Source of the DNA: Octopus bimaculoides
Taxonomy: Eukaryota
NCBI RefSeq assembly: GCF_001194135.2
Contig: NC_068983.1
Location: 99,630,105 to 99,694,104 of the forward strand
Length of the DNA: 64,000 bases
Direction: 5' to 3'
Position numbers and translations under genes: made by a program. Within the stretch, counting starts at the first letter, position 1. Each line of letters starts with the position of its first letter. The notes beneath the pieces were generated by a model. It searched no databases. It saw nothing but the letters and a program-made list of their open reading frames with translations, and was not told the origin of the DNA. Below are positions 51,860 to 64,000 of the stretch, piece after piece.

Positions 51860-54137
51860 TTTTATGTTTTGTTAAAATTGCTGTTTCTTTTCAGATATCA
51901 TCAGATAAAGAGAATTAAAACTCATTAAAATTGAACTTTCAAAGAGGTCAAATTGTTGGTGCCTGTATGGCAGGCACTAGCGTAACAAAAACAGCCGAAA
52001 TGTTTGGTATATCAATAAGTACTGTTTTAAAAGTAATGACAGCCTTAGAGAAAGAGGGAAAAACCTTCTCATCAAAACAAAACTCCGGAAGAAAACCAAA
52101 ACTTTCAGATAGGGACTGTCGGACTCTTACACGAATTGTTAGAAAGGATCACAAAAGTACAGCTCCCAAAATTACTGCAGAGCTTAATGACCACCTTGAG
52201 AACCCAGTTTCTACAAAAACTGTTCGCCGGGAGCTGGAATTCACGGGAGGGCTACTATCAGAAAACCACTATTTTCAAAAACAAACATTGCAAAGTGTTT
52301 AGAGTGGAGTAAAAACCTATAGAATTGGTCCCTAGAGTGGTGGAAGAGTGTTATTTTCTTGAACAAGTCATCCTTTACCCTTTGTCTGACTACTGGCAGT
52401 GTATACATGTGGCGACAGCCAAAAGAAGCGCATCTGACCTAGACTGCCTTCTTCCAACTGTTAAACATGGAGGAAGATCTGTGAGGATCGGGGGGGGGGG
52501 TTATCTTGGAAATCCACTGGTCCAATGGTTTCCCTTCATGGCAGAATTAATAGTCAAGACTATTTAAGCATTTTATCTGATCAAATTGATCCTATGTTTG
52601 CAGAACTGTTTCTGGAAGGAAACGCAATCTTTTAGGATGATAATGCACCAATTCACACAGCTAAAGTTGTTATTGAATGGCACGAGGAACATTCTAGTGA
52701 AGTTGAACATCTTATCTGGCCACCACAGTCCCCAGATCTCAATATTATTGAACAAGGCAGGTTAACTAGCAAGTTAGTTTTTGTTTGTGGTAAATGTTCA
52801 NNNNNNNNNNNNNNNNNNNNNNNNNNNNNNNNNNNNNNNNNNNNNNNNNNNNNNNNNNNNNNNNNNNNNNNNNNNNNNNNNNNNNNNNNNNNNNNNNNNN
52901 NNNNNNNNNNNNNNNNNNNNNNNNNNNNNNNNNNNNNNNNNNNNNNNNNNNNNNNNNNNNNNNNNNNNNNNNNNNNNNNNNNNNNNNNNNNNNNNNNNNN
53001 NNNNNNNNNNNNNNNNNNNNNNNNNNNNNNNNNNNNNNNNNNNNNNNNNNNNNNNNNNNNNNNNNNNNNNNNNNNNNNNNNNNNNNNNNNNNNNNNNNNN
53101 NNNNNNNNNNNNNNNNNNNNNNNNNNNNNNNNNNNNNNNNNNNNNNNNNNNNNNNNNNNNNNNNNNNNNNNNNNNNNNNNNNNNNNNNNNNNNNNNNNNN
53201 NNNNNNNNNNNNNNNNNNNNNNNNNNNNNNNNNNNNNNNNNNNNNNNNNNNNNNNNNNNNNNNNNNNNNNNNNNNNNNNNNNNNNNNNNNNNNNNNNNNN
53301 NNNNNNNNNNNNNNNNNNNNNNNNNNNNNNNNNNNNNNNNNNNNNNNNNNNNNNNNNNNNNNNNNNNNNNNNNNNNNNNNNNNNNNNNNNNNNNNNNNNN
53401 NNNNNNNNNNNNNNNNNNNNNNNNNNNNNNNNNNNNNNNNNNNNNNNNNNNNNNNNNNNNNNNNNNNNNNNNNNNNNNNNNNNNNNNNNNNNNNNNNNNN
53501 NNNNNNNNNNNNNNNNNNNNNNNNNNNNNNNNNNNNNNNNNNNNNNNNNNNNNNNNNNNNNNNNNNNNNNNNNNNNNNNNNNNNNNNNNNNNNNNNNNNN
53601 NCCTGACTGGCTCCCGTAGGATTTTCGAGCGAGATCGTTGCCAGTGCCCCTGGACTGGCTTGTGTGGGTGGCACATAAAAGACACCATTTCGAGCGTGGC
53701 CGTTTTCGTGCGGGTGACACGTAAAAGCACCCACTACACTCTCTGAGTGGTTGGCGTTAGGAAGGGCATCCAGCTGTAGAAACTCTGCCAAATTAGACTG
53801 GAGCCTGGTGTTGCCATCCGGTTTCACCAGTCCTCAGTCAAATCGTCCAACCCATGCTAGCATGGAAAGCGGACGTTAAACGATGATGATGATGATTTAT
53901 GGTGCATTTTAGAAAAACAAGTAAGGAGTCAATATCCTCTTCCATCATCACTACAAGAACTGCAGACTGTTTTAGCTGAAGAGTGGACAAAAATTCCTTT
54001 GGAAACACTTCAAACTTTGTACAAGTCCATACCTCATAGAATTCATGCTGTAATTACTGCCAAAGGTGGTCCTACCCTATATTAAAATAAATTTGTTTGA
54101 AATTTTAAGGTGTTTCCATTATTTTGTCCAACTCCTG
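51860..54137 (+). mobile_element. Tc1 (DD34E) transposon, frameshifted, interrupted at about 52754-53894
   Basis: HTH region QRGQIVG...SGRKPKLSDRD; DDNAPIH; WPPQSPDLNIIE | insertion | LWCILEKQVR...IPHRIHAVITAKGGPTLY*. Right end TTTTGTCCAACTCCTG|TA; the left TIR is not visible next to the gap. Confidence 0.9.
53602..53894 (+). mobile_element. RTE 3'UTR copy inserted in the Tc1
   Basis: Same GTGGCACATAAAA units, GGAAGGGCATCCAGCTGTAGAAAC segment and (GAT)n tail as 1-667. Confidence 0.8.
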
Positions 54138-54897
54138 TATGCACAAACACACATTTATATCTACGTATCATCTATATGTATTTGTATATATCATAATAAT
54201 AATGAAATTATTGTTCAGGTGCACTTCAACTTATCAAAAGTGTATGTATAGTACAGAGAATTACGTACAAATGTCAGGAAAGTGAATAGTGTATGAGTCA
54301 TGATATACATGTGTGCATGCATATGGAGGGGGGAAATATCTATAAGCCTATGGCTCAGGAAGGACCATTTATCCTTTTTTCATATGCAGTTTTTGCATTA
54401 ATATACAGCACATTATATCTGTAGCTAACGCTGCTATGCATTCGTGTTTCATGACCAAAATATTTTACTTCCTGTTCACCTAGCTATAAATAAGTGACAA
54501 ACAGTTGTATAATTTATCAGTGTAAGCAGAGGTAGTTGTGTAAAATCCATGAATATTTGTTCACATCTAACTATGTAGATAGACTCTACTCTCTAATTCA
54601 ATAAGCATACATTTAGTCTCAGCAAAGCTAAATGCGTGTTTACTGAAGGTATACATATAAACATATTTATTACTTATCCATACAAACATAGTTCAGATAC
54701 TTTATGTAAGTAACAGGCAGCTAGTGCAAATAACTTAAATCAATGCATGTTTCTAAGTAATCTTAAAACCAGATGAAACTAGCCAAGCTGGTCTCCAGTC
54801 CATCTTGTAGGGAAAGCCCTTTGCAGTGTCTATTTACACAGGAAAATTAAATGTATACTTATCAAACATAGGTTCAGGCATGGCTTTGTGGTAAGAA

Positions 54898-54947
<50 letters not shown>

Positions 54948-55129
54948 GTTGAGCATCCCACCATTGCTGGGCAATTTTTACAATAGAATGCCTTTATTTT
55001 ATTTCAATTTTTTTTTATTCCATGTCAAACCATGTTCTCTCTGAGGGACAAGCCTCTTGATCAGGACAGATTTCTGTTTTATTTGGGGCAATTTATAATG
55101 TGTTGATAGACTAAGTTTTTATATTCTCC

Positions 55130-55860
55130 ATTTGGAATGCTTTGACTTTTCACAAATGAGAAAAACTTTGATCGAGGCCAAAAGGTAAAGCGAAGGAACA
55201 ATGGAATGGTTATGCAAAGACCCAAGTGAGGTTCTACTGGTCATGTATACTAATTTCCCAGCAAATGTGATGGTTCTGGGAATCATCAGCAACAAGGGAG
55301 ATATCATGCCTCTTCACTTTTTATCACTGGGTTAAAGAGCTAATACTGCTGTCTACACAGACATATTAGAGAAAGTTGTGAGGCCTTGGATAGACAGAGT
55401 ATGTCACAGAGTACCGTATATCTTCCAACAAGATTCTACACCATCTTATAAGACTAAAATAACTCAAGCGTGAATGAGTACCAATCTCCATGATCATGTT
55501 CCCCTAGACAGATGGCCTCCTAACTCACCACTTCTCAATTCACTGGACTATCATGTATGAGGCATAGTCAAGAGAGAGATCAATCAACACCCCCATAACA
55601 CTATACAACCTCTCAAGTCCGCCATAACAAGCACTAAGTTCAAAATTGATAAAGATCATGTGATCTGGGCATGTCAACGTTTCTGATCTTTACTGAAGCA
55701 ACCATTGATGCTAACAGTGGATTTATTGAATAAGTATGATCAAATAATTCTCCAGATTATTTGTACCAATTTGTTTTCAAAACCAGTTTTTCCATGATGA
55801 ACTATACATCTTTTTCTAAATTAAAACAAATGACCCCAAAAAGAACTGATACATCCTATA
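55130..55860 (+). mobile_element. DD37D (maT/Bmmar1-like) transposase remnant
   Basis: FS(N)EK.F, FPANVMVLGIISNKGDIMP, FQQDSTP, WPPNSPLLNSLDY; the third catalytic residue is D. Confidence 0.75.
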
Positions 55861-58179
55861 TATATATACATATATATACAGAGTGTGTTATTAAGTTCAT
55901 ATACATATGTTCCTATCCATACCAGAACATATTTATAGGAACTCAATGATATGAGAATGGAGAATTACTAGGATTTTTACCCCCAGTTTTATGAATATTT
56001 AACATCAATTCAAATATATTAATATTTTTATACTTTTGGTAAATAAAATTACCTCTTTAATATGTCTTTCTAGATTCGTTTTTAAAATAATACATTGACT
56101 ATGCATGAGCTGATTGTTAACATTTAGATCTACCTCTTAGCTGTCACACATCTTAAATTTATATCTGATAAAATAGTATTGTCTTTCACTTTGTAAAGTA
56201 ACTTATGCATGATAACTAAATGCTTACATTAAATAAATTAAACAAATTAGAAATGAAGAATGAATGTCTTCAAAATTTATTTATGTATGTTATATTGGTT
56301 TCAAATTTTGGCACAAGGCCAGCAATTTCTATGGAGGAGGTTAGTCGATTACATTGATTCCAGTGGTCAACTGGTACTCATTTTATTGACCCCAAAATCT
56401 TAGCAGAATGTGAATTCAGAATGTAATGACGAACGAAATGTCACTAAGCATTTTGACGTACTAAAAATGTTCTCAGCTCACTGCCTTTTTATGTATGTTA
56501 TATTAAAATGTGTACAAGTCCAATAATGTTCAAATATTGGTTTCAAATTTGGGCACAAGGCCAGCAAGTTCGTGGAGAGGGGTTAAGTTGATTACATCGA
56601 TCCTATAGATCAACTGGTACTTATTTTATCAACCCTGAAAGAATGAAAGGCAAAGTCAATCTCAGTAGAATTTGAACTCAGAATGTAATGATGGACAAAA
56701 TGCTGCTAAGCATTTCACTCAGCATGCTAACGATTCTGCCAGCTTGATACCTTGACATGTTCAAATATTACAATAATAAATTTATAAGGACAAAAGTTGT
56801 TTTTAATCAAATAGTTGTTAAATAAATTCTGAGCATTTGTGTGAAATTATGATATATATATACAAATTTATAATAGTTATATATGAATATTTAAAAATTA
56901 AAATCAAAAACTATCTTCTTGTTTTCTGTTTTTATTGTTTCCTCTTAGTGAGAATCTTCCTATGAATTGCCAAACTTACTCATAGAGGTTTTCACAGATG
57001 AATGTCATTCTACTGCCAATTGCATTCAGAAGAAAATTTTTTTTTTTTGTTTTTTTGTTTTTTTTTTAATTTCACTAGTTTAGACATAACAGTGACTCAG
57101 AGACTGAACCTAAAGTTATACATAAACAGATAGTTGTCTTTTTGGTACCTTATGCTTGTGATACTCTCCTTTTTCATGCAGATTTCAAACAGTAATATTC
57201 AAACCTATATCAAAAAGTATTTTTAAAATATCAAGTTTTAGATGACTGAGTTGTCTACTTTCATCAATCCATATCTCCTGTTGCTTTCAGTTTTAGCACT
57301 GGTGTCCACATTTGGAACTAACTATATACTATATGTTTGAGGAAATCAACATTTTGTGAATTAGCTAAGTAAGACATAACAGTTGGAGAAGTAGCAAATA
57401 TATTGACTGGACTTGGGCAAAGGTATTATATAGGAGTATGCTTATTTAGAGAGCAGAAGCTGTCATAGTAACAGTATATGATACAATGAGATGATACACT
57501 TTATCTTTAAATCATTATTGTAGCATGCTGATGAATCAGTTTTGTTAATCAGCTTGATCAGTGGTCCTCAACTGGGGTCTACGAGGCTCCTGATGGTCCA
57601 TATAAAATTTTGTGGCAGTCCATGCAACAAAATAGAAAATTGGGAATCCACAATAGTGTTTGAATGGTCCCTGAAAAATTTTGTTTTAGATGTATGTATT
57701 GGTCATATTGCAAGAAACAGCTAGACTTCTTTTTCAAACCTTTTACATAGTTCAATCTATACAAGTCAATGTGTGAAAAACAAAATTGAAATTTAGAAAA
57801 GAGTTGTTTCTATAAAACTAGTCTTTAAACATCAAATGGGTATGAGGATCCATCATAATAAAATGGTAATCAAAAGGGTCCATAGATTTTAAAAAATGGA
57901 TGAGAACCCCTGAGCTAGATAGTGTATTGCAGAAGCAGTCTAAGGTATCTGTAGTGGTTGCAGCAACACTATGTCATATATATGTATAATATTCCAGTTT
58001 AGGACACATCTGCATACAGTAGAGAGCTAGTAACTGATCAGGGCTGAAATTTTTCTGGCCCTTTGGGATACAATTTGATTATCTTGTACAAATGTAGTCA
58101 CTATGGATGGTCATCAATATATTAAGGACTAGTACTGAAGTAAATTTGAGTTTTATTTTAAATCCTCATGTGGTTCTTG

Positions 58180-58700
58180 TGTAGGAAGGGTGTAATGGAA
58201 GACTGTTTCTTTGATATGTGTACTGACATGGTTTGGTTCAATTAAAGGAGATCAGATTGTCATTTCTTCATTGCAGGATGATTTTTAGGTCTCAGTTTAG
58301 GGAACAATGCTAGTCTGGTATCTGGGTATCTGGTGTGCAAGTAGGTAATTGAGGAAGAGTGAAGCATGGTATCATCAGCATAAGAAGAGGAATACAAGTA
58401 GTAGCAAGTAGGAAAAGTTTGGGAAACAATGAAATCTTGAAGCAAATTTTCTGCTAGGAGTAATCAGTGTAATATCTGAGGAGCTCCAACCAGTAAGCTG
58501 ACTTGAAATACTAAAGGATTTGCAAGGAAGGCTTGTTCTACAGTAGGTGAATATAACCATGGTTGTCTTCATTAAGCAGTGATCAAACTATTCATTGAGG
58601 TAGAGACAATGATGGTTGAATAAAGGCTAGTTTAGAAGTGAGAAACAGGTAAACAGTGTTTGGAGAGTCAGTATATTAGCCAATAATAAAAAAAAAATGG
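58180..58700 (-). mobile_element. L2/CR1-group LINE RT remnant
   Basis: YADDTMLH motif in the minus-strand frame; other motifs weak. Confidence 0.45.
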
Positions 58701-58789
58701 GAGGAGATTAACTTATGGTGACAGTAGAGAATAGCAAAATATTCAGCCTCTGTTACTCAATGCTCTGTGAACACTGTAAAGACTGTAAG

Positions 58790-59180
58790 ACATGACATGG
58801 ACAGCTGCTATAGAGACTACAAAGCTGTGGCCAACAACTTCTCTTTGGCCAATTCTCAACAAGAAGGGCAGTTGGAAGGCCACTCTTGCACCTCAGAGAC
58901 AAACTAAAACACAATCTGAATCGATGCAACATTCCCTCTTCTTCCTGGGAAAACAAAGCATTAGAATGCAGGACCTGGTGCCAGTGTTGCTGCTCCTCAG
59001 TTCAAAGATTTGAACAAAGTTGACTCCAACATTGGGACCAACTTCATGCAAGCATGAAGGCACACTAGCAAAATACTGCTCCTCTGAATGGAAACCTTAC
59101 CTGTCATTGTGGTTTTGCAGCATGAAGCAAAGCAGGCCTTGCCATCCACTCAAGAAAACACACAGGGAATGATCCACATG
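58790..59180 (+). mobile_element. RTE (BovB-like) ORF2 C-terminus
   Basis: QLLFGQFS..KG..GRPLL..RDKLK.NL.RCNIP..SWE, followed by a C.CGF...AGL..H..KH zinc-finger-like tail. Confidence 0.65.
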
Positions 59181-60869
59181 CTCTCAAGCAAACTGAGTCC
59201 TCAACTTGTTCAATTTGCCAAAAGGTTTGCAAGGCATCAGCAGGCCTCAAAAGATATATTCATGTCCATAGAACATGATTAAAACTTTATTTTTACTGAA
59301 CCCTCAATTGTCACTCACAGCAATAAAATCCTCATGTATGTGTGTGTGTGTGTGTGTGTGTGTAGAAGAATAGACAGACAGACATATTAAGCAGATTATC
59401 ATAGTTGTGCTCAATAAGAAATAATTCAAAGGGACAGAGTGTAGGATACTTGGTATTGTCTTCTTACAACATGGCCAGGTGTTACAACTTTTGTATCCTC
59501 AGAGTTGTAACATCTGGCTGTGTTATCAGAAGACAAAACAAAAAACACACTAAGTATACATATATATATATATATATACACACACATATATACATACATA
59601 TATATATACACATGAATGTGTGTTATTTCAAACATTAACACAAATTCAGTGTACTGAGAAAAATATACCCAGTTGAATCACCCATAATACACGTGTTGTA
59701 CATAATTTATTGTCTTTGGAGGGATGAAAGGTAAAGCTGGCTCAGTAGAATTTTAATTCAGAATAAAGGAGTACAAATAAAAAGGAGCATAAATATAAAT
59801 ACTATTAATCCCTATGCCCTTTCTGCCACTGAACTACTCTGTTCATATGTTCTGAATATGTGATACCACCTTACTTAGTCAATATTATTTTATTGAATTT
59901 TTTCAGTGCTTGTGAACAATTTTACATTGTGATATTATAAAATATAAAATTTAGTTTCTTCATAAGTAAACAAAGGGAAATATTTACATGTAACAGCCTG
60001 CAAACTGAACAGTTTTGAAATTATTCAATGCATTCAAGTGTTACATTATTATTTCAATATTTTCCCAACTCACATTCATTACTTAAATTTCTCTTGACCT
60101 CATAGCAGATGGCTTCATTTCTTCTCCACTCATTTTACTTCCATAACCAATAGTGGTCTCAGTTTCATGGCTGAATGTTTTACCCTGGCCATTAACAGGG
60201 TTTCAATCATGAAGCAGAATTTGAACCCAGAATGCAAAGAACTAGAGCAAAGGCCACAAAACTTCTTGTTGAACATATTAACAACTCTGCTAATCTATTA
60301 TCTTTTATCTTTCTTTTACTTGTTTCAGTCACTGGACTGCGACTGTGCTAGACACAACCTGGAAGGGTCTTAGTTGAACAAATTGCTCCCAGTATTTATT
60401 CTACCAGCTTTTTTTTTTCACCAAACTGCTAAGTTACAGAGATGTAAACAAACCAACATCGGTTGTCAAGGAGTGGGGGAGAGAATACACCACATAAATA
60501 CAAATGTACACACACACATGTTTTCCACACTATTTCTATTTATTAAATTCATTTACATGGTATTGATCAACCCGTGGCTATAATAGAAGACACTTGCCAA
60601 AGGCGTTGAACAGTAGGACTGAACCTGAAACCATACGAATGCAAAGCAAACTTTTTAACCACACGGCCATGCTTGCGTCACTAAGTTACAATAGTATAGA
60701 TATTGTATGAAATACTTATACATTAACAAACTAATACATAATTTATTGACTCCAAAAGAACAAAAAGCAAAGTTGATCTTAGTAAGATTTGAACTTAGAG
60801 CACAGATATGAAAACAGTCTCTCACAGCTTACAGGTTCTTTAGACCAGAGCTAATCTTAGTTTGTGAAG

Positions 60870-61440
60870 GCACTTGCTTAGTGCTTAGGGTGTTGCACTC
60901 ATGATCATAAGATTGGGGTTTTGATTCCTGGACTGGGTAATTTGTTATGTTCTTGAACAAACCAATTCATTTTCTATTCTGCTGGCAAAAATGAGTGATC
61001 CTGCAACAGACTGTTCTTTCCAGGGGAATAATATATACATCAAAGAATCTGGCCTTATGAGTCAATGGCGTGGAAAGGGCCTTACCTTATCTTACAGGTT
61101 CCTTACCTTACCTTATCTTACAGGTTCTTTAGACCAAAGCTTATCTTACAGATTCTTTAGACCAGAATTTTTCCGGGTTTGTGGAGTTTTAGTGCTTATG
61201 GAGTTGCACTTATGATCATAAGATTGTGGTTTTGATTCTTAGACTGGGTAATTATGTTCTTAGACTGGTAGTTATGTTCTTGAACAAACCATTTCATTTC
61301 ATATTGCTCCAGTCCACTCAGCTGGCAAAAATAAGTAATCCTGCGACGAACTGTTGTCCTTTCCAGGGGAATAATATATACATCAGACACTCTGGCCTTA
61401 TGAGTCTATGGCATGGAAAGGACCGCTACCTTATCTTAGT
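60870..61440 (+). mobile_element. Two tandem copies of a tRNA-like-head SINE with (CTTA)n tails
   Basis: About 60870-61095 and 61180-61440 share AGTGCTTA.GG.GTTGCACT.ATGATCATAAGATTG.GGTTTTGATTC and TTCCAGGGGAATAATATATACATCA. Confidence 0.65.
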
Positions 61441-61912
61441 TTCTATAGCATTTGAGCAATAGAGATTATAAGTCTCTCTGCCAAAATGTTCACTACAAGC
61501 TGTTGTTAGTACTCATTTCAGCTCAGTGGACTAAAGTAATATAATATACAGTGCTTTGCTAAAAGACATAACTTATATCAAACATTCAATTTAGCAGATG
61601 ATAACAATGATATGGATGATAAGAATAGTAATAATAGATTATTTAAGCATTGAAATGGTTTTTACAAGGAATTTAATGTTTTCCTTTGAAATAATACAAT
61701 ACCATAGGTACAGGCATGACTGAATGGTTAGAAGTTTGCTTCCCAGCTACATGGTTCCAGGTTCAGTCCCACTTTGTGGTACCTTGGGCAAGTGTCTTCC
61801 ACTAGAACCTCAAGATGATCAAAGCTTTGTGAATAGATTTGACAGATACAAGCTGAAAGAAGCCCATCATATGTATATGTGTGTGTAGATATAAATATAT
61901 ATATATATATAT

Positions 61913-61970
61913 AAAGACTGTCATACCGGCCATGACGAAGGGAAATAGCCCTGAAACTCGAGTCGCCTTT
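61913..61970 (+). ncRNA. Candidate minimal hammerhead-ribozyme element in a (TA)n tract
   Basis: GGC / C(A)TGACGA / AGGG-aaatag-CCCT / GAAA-C-TCGA-G-TC / GCC. Manual fold only. Confidence 0.45.
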
Positions 61971-63086
61971 ATATATATATATTTATATTTATATATATAT
62001 TTATATATTTGATCCTTTATANNNNNNNNNNNNNNNNNNNNNNNNNNNNNNNNNNNNNNNNNNNNNNNNNNNNNNNNNNNNNNNNNNNNNNNNNNNNNNN
62101 NNNNNNNNNNNNNNNNNNNNNNNNNNNNNNNNNNNNNNNNNNNNNNNNNNNNNNNNNNNNNNNNNNNNNNNNNNNNNNNNNNNNNNNNNNNNNNNNNNNN
62201 NNNNNNNNNNNNNNNNNNNNNNNNNNNNNNNNNNNNNNNNNNNNNNNNNNNNNNNNNNNNNNNNNNNNNNNNNNNNNNNNNNNNNNNNNNNNNNNNNNNN
62301 NNNNNNNNNNNNNNNNNNNNNNNNNNNNNNNNNNNNNNNNNNNNNNNNNNNNNNNNNNNNNNNNNNNNNNNNNNNATGTATATATATATGTATATATATA
62401 TATATATGTATGTATGTATGTATGTATATATTTATATGTGTGTGTGTATGTGTGTGTGTGTGCATATATATGCATGTATGCATTTATATACTTGTGTATA
62501 TGTGTGTGTGTATATATATATGTGTATATATATGTATATGTCTATATATATAGCTCTTATCTTTTCTTTTATCTTTTTCTTGTTTCAGTGTCATGCTGGA
62601 GCATTTGCTTGAAGGGTTTTAGTCGAACAAGTCAAACCCAGGACTTAATTTCTAAAACCTGATACTTATTCTATTGGTCCCTTTTGTTGAACTGCTAAAT
62701 TACAGGGGACATAAGCACATCATCACCTGTTGTCAAGCAGTGGAGGGGGACAAACACAGACACAAAGACATGCACACATAGATATATACATGCATACATA
62801 CGTACATACATACATATACATATACATATATGACACGTTTCTTACAGTTTCCATCTATCAAATTCACTCACAATGATTTGGTTGGCTTAAGGCTATAGTA
62901 GAAGAAACTTACCCAACGTGCCATGGAGTGGGACTGAACCTAGGACCATGTGAAGCAAGCCTCTTACCACACAGCCACACCTGTATGGATGTATTGATGG
63001 ATGGATGGATGGATGCATGCATGCATGCATACATACAAACATATATACATACATACATATTTACACTCACACACACACACATACAT

Positions 63087-63152
<66 letters not shown>

Positions 63153-64000
63153 ATTCGCTTTGTTAAATTCCAATGAGTTTCAACCAAGAAAATTCCCCTA
63201 AGTAAACACTTTGATCAGTGCCCTGTGAAGACACATCCAATATACCAGATTTTCCCTCTCTATCAATGAACCAGAAACACTTCAGCTTAATTCTGATGAA
63301 ATAAAGAAAATATGTTTATTAAGAAACAACAACTGAATATCCTATAACACACCAGAATGAGAAAACTCAATTTATTCATGAAAAATGAGCAGAGACAACA
63401 GATATAAATCAAAAGTTTAAGTAACGGGCAACCTCAGAGATTCAAAACTTAACTCCAAACTGTTGTACAATAACACATTGCACCTTCTCAAACACCAGTT
63501 GCTGATGTCATCCTAGGCTGAACTAGTGTGATTAGTTTTGGGTCAAACCCAGAACCTCAGTGAAAAGCAAATAAACTTTGAGCCTACTGAACTCATGACT
63601 TCTTAAGGGAATCAACCAACTAGAATGCTGGACGACCCTCAAACAAAACAAGTTACCTAATCAGGAGAAACAAATCAACATTGAGCTGACTGAACCAGTG
63701 GCTTCATAAGGGAATCAACCAACTGGGACACTGGATAATTGTCAGACAAAAACAAGCTACCAAGTTTTGACAACAACAAAAGACATAAGCAGAAAATCAA
63801 CCAGTCAAAGCACTGGATCTCTACTGATCAAAAACAAGAGATCAAAACATTAGACAAACAAATGACATCACCAAGAAGTCAACCAACTAAAATGCTGGAT
63901 TTCTGCCAAGACAACCACAAATCAAGTGTCATAGTAAGATAGCCAGCCAGAAATTTATAGTTAATAAGAACTTGATCCATTGCTGTTAAATATATATATA

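Overview
AT-rich, repeat-dense eukaryotic genomic DNA with nine N-gaps. The SINE/LINE families and (TA)n/(TG)n density look like an octopus draft assembly; that is inference from repeat recognition, not a database result. One host gene is supported: the 5' part of an LPCAT1/2-type lysophospholipid acyltransferase on the minus strand. It has three coding exons (43315-43250, 15750-15608, 2567-2350) with GT-AG junctions in consistent phase, introns of 27.5 kb and 13 kb, the HxxxxD catalytic motif in exon 3, and a likely ETS+NRF1-type promoter near 43.65 kb. The gene runs off the left edge. Everything else I can recognise is decayed mobile DNA: RTE, CR1/L2 and Tx1/L1 LINEs, tRNA-derived SINEs, Ty3/Gypsy relics, Tc1, mariner, DD37D, pogo and hAT remnants, TTAA MITEs and Penelope-like terminal repeats. 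I found no clearly new multi-gene system. The best leads are small RNA-level structures: a 58-bp element that is almost entirely a minimal hammerhead-ribozyme fold, a second hammerhead-like core, a tandem/inverted repeat carrying its own splice sites, a LINE/SINE shared 3' stem-loop with a compensatory change, a 207-bp-arm foldback, and a 16-nt candidate microexon. TE boundaries are approximate unless TSD/TIR bases are quoted.
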